From Mantamonas sphyraenae STR306 (Eukaryota > Protista > CRuMs): DNA of 64,000 bases. Shown piece by piece: positions 33,501-44,053 of the stretch. The notes under the pieces were generated by a model. It had not been told where the DNA came from. It saw only the letters and a list, made by a program, of their open reading frames with translations, and made no database searches. A program made the position numbers and the translations under genes. The stretch lies in the NCBI GenBank assembly GCA_026936335.1, contig JAPMXV010000049.1, forward strand, positions 124,001-188,000, written 5' to 3'. How positions within the stretch are numbered: the stretch's first letter is position 1; each line of letters starts with the position of its first letter.

Positions 33501-35363
33501 CACGCGTTGGAGAACATCGGGGATCCCAAGGCGCTGGTGAAACGGCTGTTGGAGCTGGAGGAGAACATCGACCGCGGCAGCATGGACAACAACTGGGGAG
33601 AACGATCGCAGAGCTGGCGGGAAGACGTGATGGCCAGTGTGCAAAGCTCGTCCAAGGGCAAGGGAGGACGCGGCAAGGCAGCCCAGGCAGCAAGCTTCCT
33701 GCTGGGCGAGGGCGAGGGCGCAGAGGTGGAGTATGAAGACGACGAGGAGCAAGAGACAGAGGCTCAGAAGTGGATCAAGAGCTGGCCGCTGCATCGGGAC
33801 GAGGAGCTGGTGTCGTACGTCAACTGGTACACGGCAGAGAACCACCTGGACCCGATGTCCATGAGTGCCAACACATTTGCCAATCGATTCGAGCGCTCTG
33901 GAACGCTACCCAGACCTGAAGGGTGTTTCGCCCGAAAGCATCCGCGTGCGTTTCGCCGTCCTCAAACAGTTCAACGAACGCGTGCGCAGCATTCTGCCGC
34001 TGTTCCAGTCGAGCGGGGCAGAGCAGGAGGGCACGCTGGCACACCGCATCTCCACGCTGCGTGGACTTGTATTTTACCGAACAAAGAGTGCATACTGGGA
34101 GGAGGCGCTGGCCAAGACGTACAGCACGGACAGCACAACTCCCAACGTCACCCTCAACCGCATGCTGGCCACGCGCAAGACACGCAGCGGCAAGAATACC
34201 ATCTTTGCGCAGATGTACAAGCAGCTGAAGGATGTCGATGCCAAGGTGCTGGCCAAGCGAGGCCGCGCCTGGAAGGTCAAGTTTGCAGGCGAGGCATCGG
34301 ACGACTTTGGCGGACCGCACCGTGAGAGCATCACCACCATGTGCGAGGAACTTATGTCGGACTCCCTGCCGCTGTTCACGCTGTGTGCCAACGGCGTGTC
34401 CAAGGTGTCGTTCAACCGCGAAAAGTATGTGATCAACTCGTCGTGCACGTCGCCGCTGTACTTGAGCTGGTATGAATTCCTGGGCCGCCTGATGGGCATG
34501 GCACTGCGCACCAACTACACCCTGGACCTGCACTTCCCCAGCATCATTTGGAAGCGCCTGGTGCACCAGGAGGTCACCGTGGAGGATCTGCGCGCAGTTG
34601 ACCACCTCACCGTCAGCGCCATGGAGAACATCCTCAACGTGGAGTCGCAGGGTGTGACGGAGGATACGTTTGAGGCGGTCATCAACGACGACCGCTTCAC
34701 CGTCAAGACAAACGACGGCCGGGAGATTGAGTTGAAGCCCAACGGCCGACACATCCCGGTGACGTGGAACAACAGGCACGAGTACGTTAAACGCCTGATT
34801 GAGTTCCGCTTGAACGAAGGCAAGGTGCAATGCGCGGCCATGCTCCGTGGCATGCGTGCGGTTGTGCCCCAGCGTCTGCTCAGTCTGTTTACGTGGCAGG
34901 AGTTGGAAAAGATGGTGTGTGCGGCGTGGCCGAAATCGACGTGGAGCTGCTCAAGAGCAAGACAGACTACGGTGTGGACGTGGGACCCAACGACGCACAC
35001 ATCAAGCTGTTCTGGAGGATGCTCAACGACTTTAACCAAGAAGAGCGGCGTCTGTTCCTGCGCTTTGTCTGGGGCCGCAACCGTCTGCCACAGAAGGACG
35101 AAGACTGGGAGATTCCCATGAAGTTGCACCCGTGCAACACCCATGGCGACCCCAACAACTACTTTCCGAAGAGCCACACCTGCTTCTTCAGTCTCGAGGT
35201 GCCGGCCTACACAAGCATGCAGGCCATGCGCACCAAATTCCTCTACGCAATCACTCATTGCACTGCCATCGACGCAGACAACACCAGCGAAGGGCGGGCA
35301 AACCTCAACATGGGCTTTGGCGACTTTGACGGTCTCGAGGATGACGAGGACGACGCTTTTTGA
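24524..35363 (+). CDS. Giant HECT E3 ubiquitin ligase (2xWW, UBA, CUB-like, UBR-box, HECT), ~3400 aa; introns 24822-25161, 25268-25439; frameshifts ~26622, ~33882, ~34918
   Basis: PAGWEER..TTWTDPR; LPDGWEER..SQWEDPR; LTAMGFHIEACKRAL; ESEHP..EWGYRF; CTFAFTG..CYNC..CCAVCAETCHKGH..FYCHCG; KFAGEASDDFGGP, FLRFVWGRNRLP, PKSHTCFF. Confidence 0.88.
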
Positions 35364-35544
35364 GCCTGAGCCTGGCGATTGAATGAATTGTGAATGAATC
35401 CATGCACAGGCCACAAACAACAGCACTTGGTGGTGGGCAGCCCGTAGGTTGGAATTGAAGGCAGGATCGGCTTCACTTGCTGCAAGGGGAAGCCGGGCTC
35501 CTTCTCGCTCGAAACGACCCAACGAAAACTCTCCCGTTCCAGTG

Positions 35545-36234
35545 ATGGCTCAGGCAGCAGCAAAGGCAAAGGAGTCAGCAAAGGAAGTGGCTAGTGGCGC
35601 CCAATTCAAGGACAAAGGCTACGACAATTTGCAGGGGTTGGACCTGCTGGCTAGGGTAGCGTCGGATGTCTTGTCCCCTCCCGTTGTCTGGGCCTTTCTG
35701 GCGTGGCACTGCGAGGTGACGCGCACAGCAGAGTGGAGCGATGGCTTGCAAGCAGCGTTCCTCTTTACCCTTGCAGGCGTCATTCCGGGCATGATGCTCA
35801 TCCTCGTGTGGAAAGCGCAAGGAAAGGTTGCCGATGTGCACGTGTCTGACAACAGCGCCCGCCTGCCCTTGTTCTTTGTCGGCTTCGCTGGCATGCTCGG
35901 TCTCTACCAATATTTGCGATACTACAGCCCGGAACAAGCCGCATTCATGGAACTTACCGTCGTCTCCATGGTCCAGACGCCCTTTCTGCTTCTCATCAAC
36001 CAGCACACGCTCATCTCCATCCACGCCAACGCTGTGGGCACCCTCGTCGGCTATGTGCTCGTCCATCTGCCCGATGAACCCTGGTACCTTGCCCTCAGTG
36101 TCACTGCGAGCCTCTTTGTCTGCTGGGCCAGGCTGCGTCTCAGGCGTCACACCGTTACCCAGCTCTTTCTGGGACTGGCTGTTTCCTTTTCCTGCTCCTA
36201 CGTTGTCCAACATCAATGGATTCCATTCTTTTGA
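35545..36234 (+). CDS. PAP2-superfamily-like integral membrane protein
   Basis: About 6-7 TM segments; ISIHA and WARLRLRRHTVTQLFLG resemble PAP2 motifs 2 and 3. Confidence 0.6.
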   Translation: MAQAAAKAKESAKEVASGAQFKDKGYDNLQGLDLLARVASDVLSPPVVWAFLAWHCEVTRTAEWSDGLQAAFLFTLAGVIPGMMLILVWKAQGKVADVHVSDNSARLPLFFVGFAGMLGLYQYLRYYSPEQAAFMELTVVSMVQTPFLLLINQHTLISIHANAVGTLVGYVLVHLPDEPWYLALSVTASLFVCWARLRLRRHTVTQLFLGLAVSFSCSYVVQHQWIPFF

Positions 36235-36299
36235 GCTGAGCCGTGTCCGTGTTCTTGTGGGCTCATTCCACCTCCCCACACCCACCGGCTTTGCTGATC

Positions 36300-39200
36300 T
36301 CACTCCTCTCCCAGAACACTGCTCATGCGACCACGAGAGTATTCCCAGATGACCACACTTGCAGCCACATGCACGTTGAGGCTACGAATGACGCCCCACT
36401 GAGGGATTTCCAGGCACTGGTCCACCAAGTTGAGCAACTCCACGGGCACACCCTCTTTCTCCGCACCCATGAGCAGAATTGTCTTGTCGTCAAAGTCGTA
36501 TGGCTCCTGGCCCAGCTTGACACTATCCATGCTTTGCTCCACTGCACACACCTTGTACCCTTCCTCTTGACGCATCTTGATGAGCCATGCAGCCAACTCG
36601 TGGTCCGGCACCTCCCACAGGTCCATCCACTGCTCCGATGTCACACTCATTCCCGTGTACTCGCGTGTTTGTGTCACCGACACGTCGTGCATCACCAACG
36701 CGCGCGCGCCCAGGATCTCGCATGTGCGCGTCATTCCAGCCAGATTGGGGACCTTTTTGATCAGCGACGCAACCACAATCAGTTCTGTGCTTCGCCTTCC
36801 CTTGCCCATCAGTTCTCGTTGTACTCCCTGTGCAAACCGAGCGTCCTCCAGTCCCAGCTCCAGCAGCGGCTTCACCTTTGTCTGAAAGTTGAAATCACCA
36901 TGCAGCTCAACCTCCTTTCCTGTGTCCACACCACCACTTGACCGCTATCGCTCTCAGAAACGTTGCTGCTGCTGCTAGTGCTGCTGCTACTGCTGCTGCT
37001 GCTGCTGCCACTGCGCTCCTCGGTGGATCCCTGTTTGCTGTGGGATGCCTCGGGCTCGGCTCGCCAGCTGCACACGCTCTCCATCACCAGGCTCTTGAAG
37101 TATTCCTTGTACTGCGGGTTTCCGTTGAACACCCATTCGTCGAGGAGCACGACAAAGTCGACGTCGTCGTTGACGGGCATCACAAAGGCGTCGGTTCGTT
37201 CGAGAACCTTTTGCACCTCCAGACTATCGTGGAGGTAGCTGACCATGTCTGCCAACCATCCCGTGGGCTCCACTGCCCCCTGGTCTACCAGATTCATCAC
37301 GACACTGTGGGCTACAGGACGCAAGCTGTGGTGGTTGCAGCTGATGAACGGCACAATGTACCGCAGCAGTTCGCTTGCCCCTGGCACACCACGCAGGATT
37401 AGGTTGCCACAGACAACCATTGACGTCATCACAATGCCCGACGATCCATTGGCAACGTTGCTGAGCACATTGCGCTCAAACTCGGGAAGCAAGGAAGCCG
37501 GGAACCGCGACAGCAGCGTCAACAGCAGATCTTCCTCGTACACACGCACACTGCTGTGATTGTACATGGTCAAACATGGAAGCACGCCTGCAAACACCTT
37601 TGCAGCCACGTCATCGTCTTGCACAAAGGGCTTCAGCGTGCACAAGGCGATCCAATGGCGCAAACGCACAAGGTGCAGCCGGCTGTTGTGTGCATACGCA
37701 ATGGGTGCATCGCCTCGCTCCTCGAACTCGGCCAACATGGCTTCCTCTTGCTCCACCTGAGCCTCCAACAGGCGAAGCACAACGCTGGTCCACACCTCTA
37801 CGGGTCCCACACGATCGTACGCCAAGCCGAGGGCCATCACACGCACAAAGTAGTCCTGGTTCGACAGTACCTGTGCAGATCGGTTTGTGCCTGTGCCGTA
37901 CAGCTTGCCTCGTCCACCCTCGTTCAGCAACCGTTGCACGTCGTCCGTCACCTTCATCTGTTCGCCTGGCTTGCGCTGCGGACCGTACACAATCGCCTCA
38001 TACAGGTAATCTTCGTAGCCACGCATGAGTTCGGGTTCTGCGCGCCACACAATGCACATGGATGCCATCCAGTAGTTCATGAGACCCACGGCAATGTGCG
38101 CAGTGGCCAGCACGCGCTCGCAGAAGCGGCGCAGCGGCCCAGGATGCGCACGGGCCACGTCCAGACCCACCACCACACTCACTGTCATGGACATGGTGCG
38201 ATGACGCTGGCTGGTCATTGTGCTCGCTGCATCCCACGCTGTCTGCATGACCAGGTCCACGAGTTCCTCGTCGTCAACATTCGGCAGCAGTTTGCATGCA
38301 CAACGCAGGATGGACTCCAGCGACCCCGGGGCACTGCCCGCCATGGCTTCCACCGCCTGACGCAACACCTCCTCCGGTTGGGGCGCCAGCTCGCCCAGCG
38401 CCTGCCAGCGCAGGATCAAGGCAAGCTCATCCTGCCGACCCGAGTCCCGCTGAGTCAACAGATCCAGCAGAACCTGCGGCTCCGACGTGACTGGAGCCAA
38501 AGCGACCACCACTGTCAGTGCAGGCGAGGTCAACGACGCACAAGCGTCCTCGCGCTCAGAGGAGGACAGCCACCCGCTGACGAGCTGTTGCACCGGCTGC
38601 ACGTACTCCTTGGGCGCATGCTCCAAAGCCATGGCCACAAACTCTGCGTGTGCCAGTTCCAACTCGTCCATCGCTTTGAGGCCCAGGTAGGACATGACTT
38701 GGTGCCTGCAGCCACGCAAGCACTCGGTGAACTTTGCCCCGGCCGCCACACGTGTCACAATCTCCATGGCCTCCTCTGCCGCACGAGACTTTGCGTACAC
38801 TTGCGTGTATGCCTGGTCGAGACGGTCCCAGTACGGCTGCAACACCTGCTGGATGAGTCCCTGGTCGCTGGCCATGTAATACAGGAGCGCCTGCAGATGC
38901 GATGCACGTGTCACGCCAGCCATACGCTCCACTGCAAACACGCCGCTTTGGTTGAGCCAATGCGAGATGCGATCGTACAATTCGTCGCCGGAGGAGGCAG
39001 ATACGCGTGGGAACGAGTCGAGCAGCATGCCGATCTGCGCGTTGTCCAAGCCGTCCAAGGCCACCAGGCGGGGTAAGCAGTCCATCAGCAGCTCCAACAC
39101 GGGTCCTGCGATTCCATTGCGTGTCGTCGACGTGGAAGAGAACTGGATGCGATCGCGAGCCACAACCATCAGACTTTGCAAGCCGTCGATCTGCTCGACC

Positions 39201-40498
39201 CCCAGCGGGGCCTGGAATCCCGGGTGCTGCCAGCACAGTCTGTGCAGTGTTTCCACATGCATGATGGAAGCCTCAAAGCGCAACGACTGGTCGTTGCGCA
39301 GCTTTGCCAACAGGCGCAACACGTGCGTGGACACGTCCTCCTGCGCCACGGCGTACTGGAAGAGAAAATCGGGGGCGTCTGCAATATCGTGGCGCACATC
39401 GTTGAGCACATCCCACAACTCACCGAAAAACACGTCCGGATGGAGCTCAGGCATGTCCAGCTGCCACAGGAACTTGGAGAGGAAGCGACGCGTCTTGTTG
39501 TTGCCCAGCTTCAGGCAGCCACGGACAATCACAGACGTCCACGCGGGCGGCAACAACTTCTGCTGGAGACATTGGTGCACAGAGGGCCACATGTCGTGGA
39601 TGAGATGCACGCTCATATCGTCCAGGGTCTCCAACCACACGGTGAGCAGGGCAAACGCACGCTGCGTGTCCTCAGCAGTTGTACTGTCAATGGCAAAGTG
39701 TGGCAGACAATCCACACGCAGGTTCTCTTGGCTTGCATAAGCCACCATTTGGCGGATGGCGTACAGTGTGCGTTTGCGCACGAGGCGGTCTCTGTGTACG
39801 CAGCCTCGCTCAAGCATCAGCCAACATTCGGGGTTGGACGTCATATGCAACGTGCGCACAAAGTCGGGGAGGAACTGACACAGCATGCCGTAATGCTGAC
39901 GTGTCATGGTGATGTCCAGCAGCTCGCGCAGCTGCATCTCGTCCAGCTCACCCACCTCGGGCAACACACGCGCAAGCACACTCGTCTCTGTTGGCTTTGG
40001 AGTACGTTTGTGTCGTAGAAGTGCAACACAGGCCGGAAAGGCATCCAGGCCGTGTTGGACGGCGAGCGGCAGCAACGTGGCTGGCGCAAGCACGTGCTCG
40101 GGCAGCTCCTTAAGCGAGGCGTTGGGCGCTTCCAAATGGGCCATGAGGCCATCGAGGGCCACCTGCAACACAGCACCAATAGTCTCGGTGGGCAGAAACG
40201 CAGTGAGAGGTGCGAGCAACTCGGGAGACACAAACAACTGCTCCCTGAGCGCATCCTGCACGGACGGAGTCACTTGTGACACGTGAGGCAGCAACACATG
40301 CAGCAATGAGGCGTGTGCTGCTTTGATGGCCGGTTGCTGCTCACCCAGCTGTGTGGCCAGGAGTTCGACCAATTCCAGAAGCATGTCCGCGCTCAGCAGC
40401 GGCAACAGCACAGACACATCCTTGGCCTTTGGCTGGCCCGTGTGCTTGTCCTCGCCCACCAGGGTGGCAATAAGATCGGAGGCAGAGGTCGCAGCCAT
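36300..40498 (-). CDS. TARBP1: tRNA Gm18 2'-O-methyltransferase Trm3/TARBP1; frameshift ~36940
   Basis: Long helical N-terminus plus C-terminal SpoU domain: LIVVASLIKKVPNLAGMTRTCE, GAEKEGVP, EIPQWGVIRSLNVHV. Confidence 0.88.
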
Positions 40499-40613
40499 GA
40501 TGGGGTGAAAAGAGGTGGCTTGGCAAACGCTCGCCACGCCACGCAACACTTCCAGCCCATTGTGTTGCGTTTGGCCATTTCAAATTCCTCCAAATCCCCA
40601 ATAAGACGATTTC

Positions 40614-41375
40614 ATGTCCACGTGGGACTTTCTTTCGCCTGATTTCGACGCAGAAAAGGCACTGTATGCGTCGGAGGAGGAGCTGGAGTCTGTTCTGCAC
40701 GACGGCCTACCAAACGTCAACCCACTGGAATCGGTGCGGCACGCATCACGGCTGTTGCCTCCGGGCGCACTGGAGGATGAGGATGACGCGGGGGACTTTG
40801 ACACAGACGAGAGCAGCGGGTTCTGGGCTCGGCAACGTGAGCGTAGGAAACCCAAGGACAGCAAGGCACAGGAGGACAACAAGGATGCAAGCACCTCGTC
40901 ATCCTCTTCTTCCATGGCCATGCAGGCGTCGTCCTCGTCGTCGTCGTCATCCACATCGGCGTCGTCTGAAAGCGAGACGTCGCGTGGTGCATCTGCCACA
41001 GCAACGGTGGAGGGTGAGACCAAAGTCAAGCGAGGCACAGTGGTGAACCATCTGTGCAACAAACACACAACGGGCCCGTTGGCCCTCCTGTACACATGCT
41101 GGAAGACGCACAGGCGCGTGCGAGTGTTGACGCGCAGGTTGGGTGGTGTCCGTGGCTGGTGCGACGGCTACCTGGTGGCCTTCGACTCGCAGTTCAACTT
41201 GCTCATGATGGATGTGACGGAGGAGTACACAGAGGCTCGCTTTGCGAAAAAGACAGGCAAGCAGTTGCCCGTGCGACCGGAGAAAGATCAGCACACGCGA
41301 TCGCTTCGCACCGTCTTTATCATGGGCAGCAGCGTGGTTCTGGTGACACCACGCGATGCCATGGATACTTTGTAG
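40614..41375 (+). CDS. LSM11: U7 snRNP-type Sm-like protein LSM11
   Basis: DFLSPDFDAEKALY N-terminal motif; GPLALLYTC..RVRVLTR..GVRGWCDGYLVAFD.QFNL.M.DV.E.Y; VFIMGSSVVLV. Confidence 0.78.
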   Translation: MSTWDFLSPDFDAEKALYASEEELESVLHDGLPNVNPLESVRHASRLLPPGALEDEDDAGDFDTDESSGFWARQRERRKPKDSKAQEDNKDASTSSSSSSMAMQASSSSSSSSTSASSESETSRGASATATVEGETKVKRGTVVNHLCNKHTTGPLALLYTCWKTHRRVRVLTRRLGGVRGWCDGYLVAFDSQFNLLMMDVTEEYTEARFAKKTGKQLPVRPEKDQHTRSLRTVFIMGSSVVLVTPRDAMDTL

Positions 41376-41461
41376 AATCTGGAGAGAGCCACGTGGCATC
41401 TGCTGTGGCGATGGGCGACCCAAGAGAAAGTTGCCCTTGCTTGGTCAGGTCGGCCATCGGA

Positions 41462-42715
41462 ATGAAACGGCGTCATTGGGTGACGCTTGCTGTTGGCAGC
41501 CTTGTCGTCCTCAGCGTAGCCTCCATGATTTGGAACCAGCAACTTTTGGGGTCGCATTCACAGCATGTACAGTATACGAGCGAGTCCGGCGTGCGCCAGG
41601 GGGCTCCGAAACCCGGGTTGTTTGATTCGCTGTCCCCACGCAACTTTCGGGGCAAGCACGAGTGCTCTGCGCGCACTCATGTACAGATTGTGCACGATAT
41701 GCACGCATGGACGAGCGAGTCTGTGTCTCGAGACACCATGGACGCAGTGCACACCGAGTTTGGGCCGCATGTCACCCGGGTGCAGATCATTGACAACCGA
41801 CTCTACATGCACATGGGCGTGGCCGTGGACTGGCGTCGCCTTGGGGCTCTCAAAAACACACTGTTGGAGCTGTGTGCACGTGTGCGTGTGCCCGACGTCG
41901 AACTCATGGTCAACTTGCAGGACGAACCCTTGCTGCACAACGCAAGCTACACTCCCCGCGCCTTGTTTTCCGTCACACGCACCCGGTACTTCCACGACAT
42001 GCTCATCCCCTTTCCCTACTTTTACACCGAGTGGACTGCCAAGCGTCAACAGCTCCTGCGCCTCAACTCATACTACCCGTGGGACGACAAGACCGAGGTT
42101 GCCTTTTGGCGCGGCTCTACCACGGGGCCCCACCTCGCACAGGAAACATATGACGACAATCCACGTGTCAAGTTGGTGCGCATGTCCATGGAGCATCCCG
42201 AACTCGTCGATGCCTCCTTTACAGGCTACGTCGGCATTTCCTCCGAACTCTCTTCCACCCTGCAGAGCCAGCTCAAGCCCTTGGCCGGCCGAGCCAGCCT
42301 CTCAGATCACCTCAAGTTCAAGTATTTGGTGGATGTGCAGGGCAACAGCTTCAGCGAACGCTTCAAGACACTCCTCCTTAGCAATTCCCTCGTTTTCAAG
42401 CAGCAGAGTGACTTTGTCACCTTTTATCACGCCGAGCTCAGGCCATGGGTCCACTACGTGCCCGTGTCGGCTTCCATGGACGAATTGCTCCCCCTTTTGC
42501 GCTGGGCCAGGCAGAATGACCACGTAGCACGCAGCATCGCCGAAGCCTCTTCAGATTACATCACTCGCCACCTCCGCCTCGACGACATTTACTGCTACTG
42601 GTTCTCCCTCCTTTCTCAATGGGCCACCAAACTAAGCTACACCCCGACTCGCCATCCAGACGCCGTCGAGGCCGTGGATCTCGATCTCGAATTTTTTGCC
42701 CCCAAGAGCGGATGA
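41462..42715 (+). CDS. Glycosyltransferase family 90 (CAP10/POGLUT/KDELC-like), type II membrane protein
   Basis: VPDVELMVNLQDEP, PWDDKTEVAFWRGSTTG, KFKYLVDVQG, LRPWVHYVPV. Confidence 0.88.
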   Translation: MKRRHWVTLAVGSLVVLSVASMIWNQQLLGSHSQHVQYTSESGVRQGAPKPGLFDSLSPRNFRGKHECSARTHVQIVHDMHAWTSESVSRDTMDAVHTEFGPHVTRVQIIDNRLYMHMGVAVDWRRLGALKNTLLELCARVRVPDVELMVNLQDEPLLHNASYTPRALFSVTRTRYFHDMLIPFPYFYTEWTAKRQQLLRLNSYYPWDDKTEVAFWRGSTTGPHLAQETYDDNPRVKLVRMSMEHPELVDASFTGYVGISSELSSTLQSQLKPLAGRASLSDHLKFKYLVDVQGNSFSERFKTLLLSNSLVFKQQSDFVTFYHAELRPWVHYVPVSASMDELLPLLRWARQNDHVARSIAEASSDYITRHLRLDDIYCYWFSLLSQWATKLSYTPTRHPDAVEAVDLDLEFFAPKSG

Positions 42716-42788
42716 CGCAATGTGGGAGGATTTCCACACGTCACAGGGAAATACATACATATGTACATTCAATCAATCCACCTGCTCA

Positions 42789-43868
42789 CTATTCGCTTGC
42801 TGTTTCTTTGACGCTTTGGAGAGAATCGGGCTCGATGGTGTTGGCCGAGGCGCGCCGTGCCTCCATTGCCTGAGCGAACCACTTGCGATACTTCCGTGGA
42901 ATCTCCGGCTGGGGATCGACACGCATGGCTGCCAAAACAGTTTCCAAACGGCCACTACGGCATGCATCGGCGGTGAGACCCAAAGGATCGACGCAAGCCC
43001 TGCGAATGAGCTCGTCCAACACATCCATGCTCCCGTAGCTGAGGCATAACCTAGCAATATGGATGGGCAACGGATACCCAAGCTCCAACGATGCCACAAG
43101 CAGGGCCACGCTGTTCGTTTTTGCCGCAGCCAACCCCGGCCCGGCGTTGACGGCAAAGCCCGTCCTGTGGCCCAGCAGGAATCCATCCAATCCATGGGCG
43201 ACCGAAAGCTTGTGACCTGCATCCTGAGACCATTCCAGATTGAGGTCTTCGGCCAGGTGGCGCAAGCGCTCAAGGGGAACTTCGCTCAGGTCATGGCAGT
43301 CCGTGGTTGTGAGCCTCAGGGAGTCCCATCCCCAGCCCATCCTGTGCATGAGCATTTCAGCTTGAGCCTCTTTGCTCTCCATCAGCAGCGAAACAGCGTC
43401 CTGGGGCCACCACCGCAGCTTGTGGCCGCGCTCCTCGGCCAAAAAGAGCAGCGACATGTCCTTGTGCTTACGCAGGCAACGAGCAAGGTCTCCGTCAAAC
43501 CACAATTCACCCCGCAGGATAAACTGGGCCGCAAGCACGCATCTGGCAGACGCTTCGCAGAAGGACGCCGGATCCAAATTCCAGCGACCGGGCTTGCGCA
43601 ACATGAGCCTCGCCACCGGCTCTGGAAAGGCCAGGCACAAATCACCAGGACACAAGACACTCCCTTTGTCGTCTCCATACGTCTGTATGGCGTGGGCGAT
43701 GGTGTCAACCAGCCCGAGCTCATTGTGCCCGGGGAGTGCGCACACAAGGTCGTGGAGGTGAGTGGACACCCTGCAAAGGCACACCACGTCAACATGGTCC
43801 AAATGGGATACAATTTCGGCGAGGACCTCTGTGGGCAGGTCTTCAAGCGTGGCGACCGCGGTCGACAT
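42789..43868 (-). CDS. F-box protein with helical (possibly ankyrin-like) C-terminus
   Basis: LEDLPTEVLAEIVSHLDHVDVVCLCRVSTHLHDL. Confidence 0.7.
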   Translation of the reverse strand: MSTAVATLEDLPTEVLAEIVSHLDHVDVVCLCRVSTHLHDLVCALPGHNELGLVDTIAHAIQTYGDDKGSVLCPGDLCLAFPEPVARLMLRKPGRWNLDPASFCEASARCVLAAQFILRGELWFDGDLARCLRKHKDMSLLFLAEERGHKLRWWPQDAVSLLMESKEAQAEMLMHRMGWGWDSLRLTTTDCHDLSEVPLERLRHLAEDLNLEWSQDAGHKLSVAHGLDGFLLGHRTGFAVNAGPGLAAAKTNSVALLVASLELGYPLPIHIARLCLSYGSMDVLDELIRRACVDPLGLTADACRSGRLETVLAAMRVDPQPEIPRKYRKWFAQAMEARRASANTIEPDSLQSVKETASE

Positions 43869-44053
43869 GGCCCTGTCCCTTTCCCTGCTCCCACCGGCGC
43901 TGCAAGCATGTTCAGCTCCCAATCATCCAATCATGATGTCCCATGCCAGAAGAACACATGGCACACATCACCCTCGTCCGTGAGAACAATGTCGTGGACT
44001 AGCTGTTGGGAGAAACGTACGCGCCGGCTCAGGCAATCGCGTCCTGCTGCCCC

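Noticed and set aside
24524-40498. Pseudogene calls for the frameshifted E3 and Trm3 (and likewise ABCC)
   Set aside because: Catalytic motifs are intact, there are no nonsense codons, and the indels sit in short runs typical of sequencing error
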